From Octopus sinensis (lineage: Eukaryota): a stretch of DNA of 37,054 nucleotides. The number at the start of each line of letters is the position of its first letter. Within the stretch, counting starts at the first letter, position 1. Shown in pieces: positions 26,240 to 37,054 of the stretch. Position numbers and translations under genes: made by a program. Where the stretch lies: NCBI RefSeq assembly GCF_006345805.1, contig NW_021836826.1, positions 1-37,054 on the forward strand. Direction: 5' to 3'. The notes beneath the pieces are model-generated. The model saw nothing but the letters and a program-made list of their open reading frames with translations. It did not search any database and was not told where the DNA came from.

Positions 26240-26580
26240 CTACCAGCCAAAAGCTCCGTATACCGGAAGCCAGCAAGTGTATGGGGTCATCAGGAGAGAA
26301 TGCGCGCTGTTTCGGGGCCTACCTCTCGACGGCATCAATGCGCACCGCCCCCCTCACTGATATGAGGCCCCGCTTGCTAGATCAGCTGGTTATGAAGTTA
26401 AACTCAATATCCTTCTAGCCATCGCTCATCGTCTTTTTTTAACCAAATCCAGTGGCTAGCCTTCTCCACTGTAGATTGGATATCAGTCATGGTAGTATTG
26501 ACTTTACGATGAGTTAGGCCTAGCGATAACAACAGTCGTCTCACGCTGTGTCCAACAAACCCTCTACATCCGACAGATAA
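26240..26580 (-). mobile_element. 3' end of a HERO-like LINE (restriction-like endonuclease type): coding remnant 26404-26580 plus putative 3' UTR
   Basis: Minus frame LSVGCRGFVGHSVRRLLLSLG...VEKASHWIWLKKDDERWLEGY* matches, from memory, the (E)VGCRGF...ERAS.W.W.K C-terminus of HERO-clade elements. Not in the ORF track (<60 aa). Confidence 0.75.
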
Positions 26581-26774
26581 ATATTGTAGTATATTCAGTT
26601 CTTATGGAGACCTTTACTTTACATTGGATAACCAACTAATACAGTTCTCCGGTGAACAATGTACGTCACTTCCATCATGTATATTGATGAGATCAATTCC
26701 TCTTTTATGAGAAGTTACCTGCAATATACCGATGTTCTCTCCATATAGAATATTCTCTGTCTTAATATTATAGG

Positions 26775-27167
26775 TAACGGAAGCTACCTCTATGCTGTTG
26801 ACCTTGCTCTAATTGCTGAGTCACTATCAGAACTAGAGGAGAAGTTTCAGGTGTGGAAACAAGGATTAGAATCGAAGAGCCTTAGAGTCAACCTAGCTAA
26901 ACCCAAAGTCCTAATAAGTAGGAAGGCAGGCAAACCACAAATCCTTTCTGTAGTAGAGGCGTAGGTAGAAACTCTATAAGATGTACCCAGTGTAAGCTAT
27001 GGACACATAAGAAGTGCAGTAATATCAAAGGAAGGCTAACTGGGAAGATAGTTTTTGTATGTGGCAGATGCTCGGGAGCAATAAACTCTGAAAATGCGCA
27101 GAGAACAACTTCCGCCACATTCCAGGGAGGAAAACTAGAAGTAGTTGATAGCTTCCGATACCTATAG
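26775..27167 (+). mobile_element. RTE-type LINE reverse transcriptase fragment (pseudogenised)
   Basis: LYAVDLALIAESLSELEEKFQVWKQGLESKSLRVNLAKPKVL (degenerate YADD). After a frameshift: IRCTQCKLWTHKKC...CGRC...LEVVDSFRYL*. Confidence 0.88.
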
Positions 27168-28838
27168 CTTAATACTATAGCAACCGAAATTAATCTCTGG
27201 TCTTATACACCAGGAAGTCGACATGGAAGTTTTCTCACTGATTCAGTGATTACAGGTACGGAGATCACGTTAGAAATAAAATTCTAAGTTGATGTCAAGT
27301 GTAGAGATTTTTTGTTTTTTGTCAGAATAATATCCTTAGATTATCAAATAATATATCGAATTAGTCATACGGTCATACTATGAAACGGATGAATCACGAA
27401 TAAAATCTATAATTTATATACTTTATTTGCTGAAATTATTTGCTATTTTTAGTCTTTACATAAAGTTACACGCCAACCAGGAAGTTTTCATATAGTATTT
27501 CAAAGGAGAAAACTTTCTAAAAAACAATAATTAGTGCAGTTTTTTAGACATTTGTCGGTGCAAGTAAACCTATGTCACATTCGTATGATTCTTCATTTTA
27601 CTTCGCTACAAAAATTCGCCATATCTATGTTTATACCATTGTTGTAATTCGCCACTTCTCAAGCGAAATATGTAAAGATCTTGTAAAGAAAATTATTTCA
27701 CTTTGTAAAGTAGTCAGTGTAATATTTTATAGATTCAATGAAATCTGAAATACGAGCTGCGAGGCTCCGACATTTCAAAAGAAGATAAGCATCTTAACTA
27801 GGTAGCAAAACCGTTCAGTCGGCTCACGTAATCTCTATGAATATGTGAATATGAGAATATCGCTCTCATTATCTTTCAGTCTCTCTCTCTCTCTCTTTCG
27901 TTTTTTTTTCTTCCTCCTTGTCTCTCTCACATACACTCACCAATGTTAGCTTGAGCTTATGCAATCGTGTATATTTATTTGCCATTGTGTTCGTGTATTT
28001 ATGTATATGATAAATTCTCCAGTTGCGGACGACGCACGAATGTTCGACAATTGCATATCCTGATAAACAGTATATCGGTATTGTAATAAATTGTTCATAA
28101 AAGTCAATAAGCGAAAGAACTGACAACAAAGCCATTGTACAGACATGCAGTAACTACAACTGGTTGAGTGAACTCTGGTATGCAGTACATTGTTATATAT
28201 AGTAACTTGAAAGTCACAATACGTTTAATGGGCTTCTTGATATTTGTTGAGCTCTCCTAGCTTACTGATCTCCTAACACTAGTTTCAATATGTATATAAA
28301 CATATTCCTGAATGGCACTTCGTTTGAAAACGTATTTTATCTGAGAGCATGTGTTGAAACTAAAACAAATGTTGAGGGACTGTCGCAACCATTAAAACAA
28401 ACACATTGCTATATCGATTTATACGTTATTATTCTTTTATTTATAACACATATTATCTGATATCAAAGTCTTTCATCAGGCATCTTATACTCCGGTTAAT
28501 GATACTATACTTTCCAGCATCAGCAGAAATCATCAATTGACCACCACTTTTTATAGGTTGTGAATGGCAGGAATTTATATTTGTTTCCTTTTCTCCTTTC
28601 CCTTCATGTTTTTTTGTTTTTTTTTCATAAAACAGGAAAAACAACAAAACTCTATACTTTTTGCAGGATATCGTTTCTCACATCTAGACCATAGACGAGG
28701 CAACTACTGCTTTCTGGAAGCATTACGACAGTTGACAGAAAATCATTATACTGGAATATATTCTTGTTAATGAATTTTTATCTAAGACCTTTTTTCCCCA
28801 CCTAATACCGAATTTTAGAAATATATATATATATATAT

Positions 28839-28882
<44 letters not shown>

Positions 28883-29828
28883 GGGTTTGTGTATATAAGT
28901 ATATATATATATATTGTGTATAGAGGGATATATATTATTCAAAGAAATTCCAACTCTGTCTGTCTTTTATGTTTTATAATATTCTTTATAATATTAATGT
29001 AGAATATAGAATATATAGTATAAATAATATATATATAGTAAAATGAAATGAAGTATTGATTGTCTTATTGAATAGATGAAATGTTGAATAGAAAATATTA
29101 AGGGACTAGTATACTTTCTTGTATTGTATTGTAGCAGTCTTCAAGGTCCCAGGTTGTGACAGGAATGTTCTATATCTACACTTGTTATTACTTGCTTACA
29201 ACAATCACGATTGTTTTAAAACATAAAAATACCAAAATATTGACGGAACGCAAAAAATTATCTGAGCAGTTGCAGAAGGTGCGCATATTCCGATAATCTA
29301 GTTTTCCCGTTTTTTAACATTTTGTTAGACATTTTATACATAATTATATTGTATACAATACGTTTAGCAATATGAGGAGTTATTATTATTTTTTTAATAC
29401 GACCTTGTCAGGTGGCAGTAAACTTCAATGCATCCTTCCAATATAAAAGTTTGAAGACAGCTCCGCAGGACACTGAACTTTGACTAAATCAAACCCTCTT
29501 ACTCACCCTCTCTCTCTTTACCGTCACACCTCCTCTTTCTCTTTCTTTCCCTTTTTTCCCTCTCTACCGCAATGTATATTCAAGTATGGTGCTTATATGC
29601 TTATACTCGGAAGCATTAAAGGACGGTAGAGATGCAGTACGTTCCTTATACAATGCATCACGTCGTTGTTTCTTTTTCTTCATAAACCTCTTAAGTTATA
29701 AATACAATATATGTAATTAATACCATTACTATGGCTGCTATGACTATATAGAATACTATAACTATATAGAATATTATGTCTATAAGGGATACTATGAAGA
29801 TATGGAAATAAAAAAAAATATTCGGGGA

Positions 29829-30322
29829 CACTATTCGCAAGCGCTGGCATATGCTGCTTTGTCGATATTACCTACCAGCTTCAAATATTTTTGATCTTTG
29901 TAATATTTTCAGAAATCTGTGTTATCCTATGCAGACTTCATTACCTTAACCAGTAGTACTTCAGTTTATTTTCAGCCTATAGCTCTACATGAATATTAGC
30001 TCTCCATAGTGTTGATAAAAATTCAACGAAACAACGATATGAAAGGAATTCCTCTTTACATCTCAACGGACGCATCTTCGCGAAAATAATATATTAATGT
30101 CGATGTAGTTGATTTCACCTGAGGTAAAAGCGAAACGATGAACTGAAATCGCTTCACTGCGAGCACTGTTCGTTTAACAGCCAGTTGCAACTCGTGTACC
30201 ATAATTGCAAGTACATAATGTACATCGTCTAAATCACTATTCGCAAGCGCTGGCATATGCTGCTTTGTCGATATTACCTACCAGCTTCAAATATTTTTGA
30301 TCTTCGTAATATTTTCAGAAAT
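29829..30322. repeat. 88-bp direct repeat (29829-29916 and 30235-30322, 1 mismatch)
   Basis: cactattcgcaagcgctggcatatgc...cagaaat occurs twice. Confidence 0.92.
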
Positions 30323-30566
30323 AATGTACATCAGGCAAAAATATGTTTCCGTATATTTTCTAGTTTCTGTTGGTAAAACGGTAACGAAAACGCTGAGAAA
30401 ATTATGTAGAGAAAATATACTTGTTTATTTAATGTTTGCCCAAGAGAGTTTTTGGTGCAATCAATAGCTCTCACTGCACTGAAAAATGTAAATTCTAACC
30501 AAGTCATTTTTTACTCTCTAAAATACGAATTCCAACAAAGTTATTTGAAAAAAAATTTTTTTTACT

Positions 30567-30973
30567 CAGGAGTGGCTGTGTGGTAAGTAGCTTGTTTACC
30601 AAACACATGGTTCCGGATTCAGTCCCACTGCGTTGCACCTTGGGCAAGTGTCTTCTACTATAGCCTCTGGCCGACCAAAGCCTTGTGAGTGGATTTGGTA
30701 GACGGAAACTGAAAGAAGTCCGTCGTATATATGTATATGTATATATGTATGTGTGTTTGTGTGTCTGTGTTTGTCCCCCAACATCGCTTGACAACAGATG
30801 CTGGTGTGTTTATGTCCCCGTCACTTAGCGGTTCGGCAAAAAGAGACCGATAGAATAAGTACTGGGCTTACAAAGAATAAGTCCCGGGGTCGAGTTGCTC
30901 AATTAAAGGCGGTGCTCCAGCATGGCCACAGTCAAATGACTGAAACAAGTAAAAGAGTGAAAGAGTAAAGAGT
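30567..30973 (+). mobile_element. SINE family B, nearly full length
   Basis: Matches 18509-18936 with subfamily-level differences. Confidence 0.92.
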
Positions 30974-31419
30974 ATACTGAAAATGTATGAGCTATATTCG
31001 CGAAGGGACATTGTAACGAATTATTATATGCTGCAAGACGGAAAATATAAAAGAAATAATTATAAACATATAATTACTCCTTCCTACCTCTCATTCCGTT
31101 GGCAATCTTATCCGGCTTCACTTAAAATTGCTTCTAAACATTTAAAAGAGGGAATGATATAACTTTAACAGAAATGGATCTTTAATTTAAAGCTTCAACT
31201 CTCAAAGCCATATATATGACTGTGTATAAGTGCGTCTGTGTGTCTGTATGTGCATGCGTGTGCTTGTATGCATGTGTGCGTTTGCGCGTGTGTACATGTA
31301 TATCTGTGTGAGTGCCTGAATTAGAAAAACGTACAATGACTTGCAAAAAATAAGGTAACTGAAATTTCTAATCACACTTACAATATATATATATAATATA
31401 TATATATATTATATATATA

Positions 31420-32332
31420 TAGATAAATAAAAATAACACAAACTGGGACAAGAACGTGAAACATTTTGAAGACGGCAAAAAAACACACAGACGGGCTTTC
31501 GAAGCTCTCAGTCTCAGTCAGAACCAGATCATCTTCGCAATTTCGGCTGATTAATCTTGAGATTGCTCCAATCTGGGCAGCCAACCAAGGAAATCTAAGC
31601 CAATCGCATTAGATTCCTTGGAGAAAAACCTCGAAAGTATAAACACGGTGACGGAAAAACGGACGATGTTACTCGAAAAAAAATTCAAAAATACGTAAAA
31701 ACAATAAAGAAAGCACGGATAAAAATACAAATAACGTAAAAACAATCATAACAAAACCAGGACGTCAGGACAAGCGTCTTTCGACAGGACGAGTTGAGTA
31801 TAGGGCTGGCTGTGGTAAAAATGCCTGAAGGCAAACGGAGCACAAACACATACGTGTGGTCAAGCCAACTACTTGATGCGAAAGGCAGTAGTAGCTATGC
31901 TTGGTCACGTGAGCACAAAAAGGGGAAGGACAGATGAAGAGAGAAGCAGGAGAGGGAAAGGGACAGGTCAAGTGGGGTATAAGGTCTGAGAGGCAGAGAA
32001 ATGTGGGAGAGGAGGGACGAGGAAGAGAGAAAGAAAGAAGGGGAACAGGGAGGAGAAGGAAAGAAAGAGGGAAAGAGACAGAACAAGGGGAGTGAAAAGG
32101 GTGAAGGCAGAGAAAAGTAGGAGAGGGGGGAAAAAGAGACAGAGTAGTAGAGTCGTACCAATGTTAGAGGTAATATACTTACAGTATAGGGTAAAGGGTA
32201 GGGTACGTAGCCGATGTATATAGATAAACGTTAAAAATAACACAAACTGAGACAAGAACGTGAAACATTTTGAAGACGCAAAAAAACACCAGACGGGACT
32301 TTCGAAGCTCTCAGTCATCAGTCAAGAACCAG
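31420..32332. repeat. ~110-bp diverged direct repeat (about 31420-31527 and 32219-32332) around a purine-rich tract
   Basis: aaaataacacaaactg...ttcgaagctctcagtc...gaaccag occurs twice. Confidence 0.8.
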
Positions 32333-32453
32333 GTGTGTGTGTATGTATGTATTCAAAGTAAGATTAAATACATACATTTAAATATATATGTATGTATGTA
32401 TATCTATCTATCTATAGCTAGATAGATTGATATATATATATATATTATATATA

Positions 32454-32486
<33 letters not shown>

Positions 32487-32793
32487 GATAGATAGATAGA
32501 TAGAAGATAGATAGATAGATAGATAGTAGATAGATAGATAGAGAGATACAAATATGGATATAGATATATAGAAGTATATAAAGTATCTTGTCGAAGGATT
32601 TTCGTCAACTTTTTTGTTAACGAAAATCCTTCGACAAGATAAGTTTATATTTTTATTTTAAGAAATATTGTTAAAAGTTTTTCGATTATTGATAGTTAAT
32701 ACAAGTATTTTTTGTATATTTATTTGATAACTAGTATAAGTTAAGATAAGTACATTTATTCTATTATTATTGTTTCTTATTAATTATTATCTT

Positions 32794-32913
32794 AGACCTG
32801 ATGAGTGACTATATTTTAAAATAGATTTAATTTCAGTTCGATTTAATTTTGAATCGAATTGATTTTATTATTATAATCTATTTGAAAATATAGCCATGAA
32901 ACGTGCGTAGTCT
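32794..32913 (+). ncRNA. Type I hammerhead ribozyme motif with a greatly extended AT-rich helix II
   Basis: AGAC (32794-32797), CTGATGA (32798-32804), helix II 32805-32897, GAAA (32898-32901), C-gtgc-G, TA (GUA triplet 32907-32909), GTCT (32910-32913). Confidence 0.7.
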
Positions 32914-33181
32914 TTTTACTAGTGTTTACTATTTATTGTACTTTATAGATTTAAAATAAGGTTTTTTTTATAGTTATACTATAGAAAACCTTATTTTAAA
33001 TCAATAATGTTTTCTATGTGGTGTGAATAACTTCTTTATTTATTGAATTGTGTAATATTAGTTTTTCTCTAAATTATATACATATATTATATATTGTGAA
33101 ATTTGACTTAAAATTGTAAACTGATTTTTTTCCCTGTAAGTTTTGGAATTATATTCCCTATTATTATTATTATTATTATTA

Positions 33182-33222
<41 letters not shown>

Positions 33223-33239
33223 TATATTATTATTATCAT

Positions 33240-33304
<65 letters not shown>

Positions 33305-33567
33305 ATTGTCGATTCCCTAAATTCTCCCTTCCACGGTGTGCGAATAACAATCATTATTTAAGTAACTTCAAATCTTATTACTCCTAAAAAGTTAGTAAAT
33401 TTGATTTCCATTGGTGCAGTCATGTATATATATAAGGGGTATTTTGGTTATCACATTTACAGTCTTCAGTATAATATTAACAATAATTACGTAATTATCC
33501 CTACGAGAAAATAATAAATATAGAAGATTATTATTAGTTAATTTTAACAATAATTTTTTTATACCAA

Positions 33568-34210
33568 CTAATTTACATAGGCCAATTCTTCGGTGGCGTT
33601 CTCGTTACTTGGAGGATCTCTTATCTTCTCTTCTACATCTAACAGTATTACAGCCACCAGCAAGGCAACACCTACCTCCGGGGGAATCTCTTCCACCTTT
33701 ACCTTGGAGGCACGTCTTCCAAGATAAGTAGGCAGAAGTACTACCTCGGACGTTTTCAGGGAAGCAACCAAATGTTGCCTAGCCTTCTCCTCGGATTAAA
33801 ATCGCACCTGCACAGTTGCGTATATCCTCCCTCTGGCAAGGTAGGTGACGTACTGCTAGATGTGTCTCAAAGCCATCGCTACTTGTAGCTTCGTTATTAT
33901 CTTCATACTCTTTACATCCAGACAGTACGTTCTATATATTATTGTCTTTATTGCGTGTCTTTTGTAGCCTCACTAGGTGGGATCACTTTTACTTCGTGCC
34001 CCTCCATTCGCAGGATTTCCCTGTATTTGTTTAACTCCACTTTTTAAAAACAAATCTCTTCTCTTGCTTCACCAGCTGCAGCTGCAAATTTTTTTTTTTC
34101 CTCCTTCATTTTTTCTCCCTATCTGGTCTGCAATATCCATACTTCTTAGTAATTCTGCAGACGTCGTTACGTCTGAAGAATTCAAATCTTTATACATCAT
34201 GAAGACACAA
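33568..34210 (-). pseudogene. Decayed ORF1-like region of a non-LTR retrotransposon (tentative)
   Basis: Interrupted minus frames MKEEKKKFAAAAGEAREEICF*KVELNKYREILRMEGHEVKVIPPSEATK and YLARGRIYATVQVRF*SEEKARQHL...LLPTYLGRRASKVKVEEIPPE resemble, from memory, cephalopod LINE ORF1 proteins. Several stops. Confidence 0.45.
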
Positions 34211-34494
34211 GTAATGTGCTTCTACCTGCAAATAAGGGGGATAGCGTTAACGAAACAGTCGTAGGGCAACAAAAACAAGTGTCTCAAGACACAAAAGTTA
34301 ATAAAAGATATTATTCCAATTCAACGATCCTTCACTAACCTCTTGTTAATTTACTGATGCGTTTGGGCAAGTCTTGCAAAGAAAAAAAATGTTTTAAAAA
34401 ATTCAAAAGACTGCAAAAAATCCGATACTAATTCTTCGTGGTTCAAAACGTTGCTTACATTTGACTCAACCCGTATATCTATATATATTCTATA

Positions 34495-34549
34495 TATAGA
34501 TATATATATATATATATAATATATATATATATATATAATATATATAATA

Positions 34550-34583
<34 letters not shown>

Positions 34584-34598
34584 CATATATATATATAC

Positions 34599-34687
<89 letters not shown>

Positions 34688-34705
34688 TATATATATATAT
34701 ACATA
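34495..34705. repeat. (TA)n microsatellite
   Basis: Read directly. Confidence 0.95.
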
Positions 34706-35564
34706 TATTCTGTCGCATAAATACACACCACACTTATACATCTCAAACTTGGTTCAAAACTTGTTGATATCACGTGTTCCGATTATTTAAAAAGTGAAAA
34801 GAATGTTTTCTTTATGTCTGTATATAAAGCTTTGTATTTATATTTTGAAATAATCGTTTAACAGGTATCTGTTATACTGTGTGTGATTGATAGGGTAACA
34901 TATACATTACATATATGGTATATGTATGTATATATAGAGATATGATTGCTTATGTGTGTGTGTGTGTGTGAATGTGTAACCAAGGACCAGCGAGTGACTA
35001 TTAACAAAACGAAAGGACTGATGCAGATAATGTTCAGTGTCCGCATTATGTCGTTCGTCTTTAAAACAAACACGCGCGCACGCGCAGAGAAAGAGAGAGA
35101 GAGAGGGAGAGAAAGAGAGAGAGCAAGAGAAAAAGAGAGTTGGGGGAGAGGGTCTTTCTCCCAAGATAGTGATTTCTCTGGCATAGCAAGACATAAAAAG
35201 AAAAGGTGTTATTTTTACACATACAAACAACTTGTGTATAACAATACGTGTCTGCGTGCAGTTATGTGTGTGTATGTTTATATATATATGTGTGTTTGTA
35301 GGTGTATATATATATAATATATATATATATATAGATATATATATATATTATATATATATATAAGGTAACGTTTTTTGTTTGCAGACACTATTACAGACTG
35401 TGAAAGCACGATTAGAATTTATTTTCTATGATTTTCTTCTAAATATTTTTTCTGCTTGCGATTACACTTTTTTCTTCCAGCGTTTAAAACTGTCCACAAA
35501 CTATTTCTCAGAGTGATTATTCTTATTCTTGTCGTTGTTATCGATGTTGTTGTTGTTGTTGTTA

Positions 35565-35567
35565 TTA

Positions 35568-35624
<57 letters not shown>

Positions 35625-35642
35625 CATTATTATTATTATCAT

Positions 35643-35674
<32 letters not shown>

Positions 35675-35690
35675 ATTATTATTATTATTA
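35565..35690. repeat. (TAT)n microsatellite
   Basis: Read directly. Confidence 0.95.
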
Positions 35691-35710
35691 ATCAATTAAT
35701 ATATAAAGTG

Positions 35711-35940
35711 TTGAGGTAACTCCTCCATAAGATAGAGTCAAAATTTTTACAGAAGAGTGCCATTGTCATCTAGTGAACGCTATTTCGACATCTTGTGTGT
35801 CTTCAACAAGTTCAAAAAATAAATTTGTCAATCTACTTCATTTTGGTTAATGGCACTCTTCTTTTAATTTTGACTCTATATCTTCTGGAAGAGTTACCTC
35901 AATCCATTATATATTAACCAAAATGAAGTAGATTGACAAA
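35711..35940. repeat. Two interleaved inverted repeats (A...B A'...B')
   Basis: A 35711-35764 pairs with A' 35849-35902 (diverged); B 35824-35851 pairs with B' 35913-35940 (perfect 28 bp). Confidence 0.85.
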
Positions 35941-36104
35941 ATTATTATCCTTATTATTATTATTATTATTGTTGTTGATTGGGAGAGCAGTGCATGCCAT
36001 CAAAGTGACAGTGGGGTAAAATATACGAAGCCCAGTATACTCATCATGACTACCCGTCTGATAAGGGTACACCAGGCACATGCATCACAACCATATGTGT
36101 GCGG

Positions 36105-36320
36105 GAGCTGGCAGAAACCTTAGTACCTCGGATAAAAGGCCTAGAAGCGTTTAATCCGTCTTTACGTTCCGTGTTCAAATTGCTCCGTTGTCAACTTTGC
36201 TTTTCACCCTTTTAAGATTGATGAAATAAGTACTAATTGAACACTGAATTCGATTTAGTCGACTTATTCTTTTCCCCAAACCTGCTGGGCCTGTGCCAAA
36301 ATTTCAAATCAATATCTAAG
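36105..36320 (+). mobile_element. SINE family A, old diverged copy
   Basis: gagctggcagaaacc...ttacgttccgtgttcaaattgc...ttttcacccttttaagattgatgaaataagtacta. Confidence 0.7.
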
Positions 36321-36324
36321 CCCC

Positions 36325-36880
36325 CGTCCTCGTCGTTCGTTGTCCTTCGTCGTTGTGATTCGTCGTCGTCGTCGTTCGTCGTTCGTCGTCGTCATTCGTC
36401 GTTGTCGTCCTTGGTCGACGTCGTGATTCGTCGTCGTCGTCATCCTTCGCCGTCGTTGTCGTCGTCGTTCCTCGTCGTCGTCGTTCGTCATCGTCATCCT
36501 TCACCGCCGTCGTCGTCGTCCTTTGCCGTCGTCGTCGTCGTCGTCATCCTTCACCGCCGTCGTCGTCGTCGTCATCCTTCACCGCCGTCGTCGTCGTCGT
36601 CATCCTTCATCGCCGTCGTCGTCGTCCTTCGCCGTCGTCGTCGTTCGTCGTCGTCGTTCGAAATCGTCATCCTTCGTCGTCGTCGTCGTCGTCGTTCGTC
36701 GTCGTCGTTCGTCATCGTCATCCTTCGCTGTCGTCGTCGTGGTCCTTCGCAGTCGTCGTTATTCGTAGTCATCGTCATTCGTCGTCGTCGTCGTCGTTGT
36801 TCGTCGTCGTCATTCGTCGTCTTCGTCGTTCTTCGCCATCGTCGTCCGACGCAGTCGTCGTCTTTCGTCGTTGTCGTCAG
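36325..36880. repeat. Degenerate (TCG)n/(GTC)n low-complexity array
   Basis: Read directly; source of the S/R/V-rich and D/R-rich ORFs. Confidence 0.92.
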
Positions 36881-37054
36881 CTTTATCTCGTATCCAAGAA
36901 TTTAGTTCCTTCTTCGCTGAACACTTCCTTTATGGTGTTGGCATTGATGATTCTCTGGACCAATTATTGCATAGAAGAGTCGAAGACATTGACTGAAAAC
37001 ACTGGTCTACATTTGGGAAATCCTTTTTTATTTCTGGTTCATGGATGTGGTGTC

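Noticed and set aside
28600-28780. Two polypyrimidine/AG acceptor-like sites followed by a short open frame
   Set aside because: No convincing donor or recognisable peptide.
35985-36105. GC-balanced stretch that looks like a LINE 5' region or HDV-like ribozyme
   Set aside because: The nested double pseudoknot could not be built and the family could not be assigned by eye.
36237-36905. 222-aa Ser/Arg/Val-rich ORF
   Set aside because: Translation of the degenerate (TCG)n array.

Overview
This is eukaryotic, repeat-dense, apparently non-coding DNA. The SINE families and the microsatellite load suggest an octopus/cephalopod genome (inferred from memory of these repeats, no search run). I found no supportable host gene. 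Most ORF-track entries are translations of microsatellites or SINEs. The window holds at least five tRNA-headed SINE families (labelled A-E here, several with target-site duplications, TSDs), an internally deleted mariner with intact termini, decayed LINE pieces (CR1-type, RTE-type, HERO-like, ORF1-like), Helitron ends and many microsatellites. The most notable signal is a set of hammerhead-ribozyme-like motifs. A short repeat family (4 loci) carries a minimal type I hammerhead at a fixed position (2225-2269 +, 20119-20155 -), as seen in Penelope-like elements. A separate AT-rich module (32584-33002) has a complete hammerhead core with a 93-nt helix II, flanked by two long near-perfect hairpins. 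The window is also rich in long inverted repeats that could form dsRNA. All structures and alignments were read by eye.
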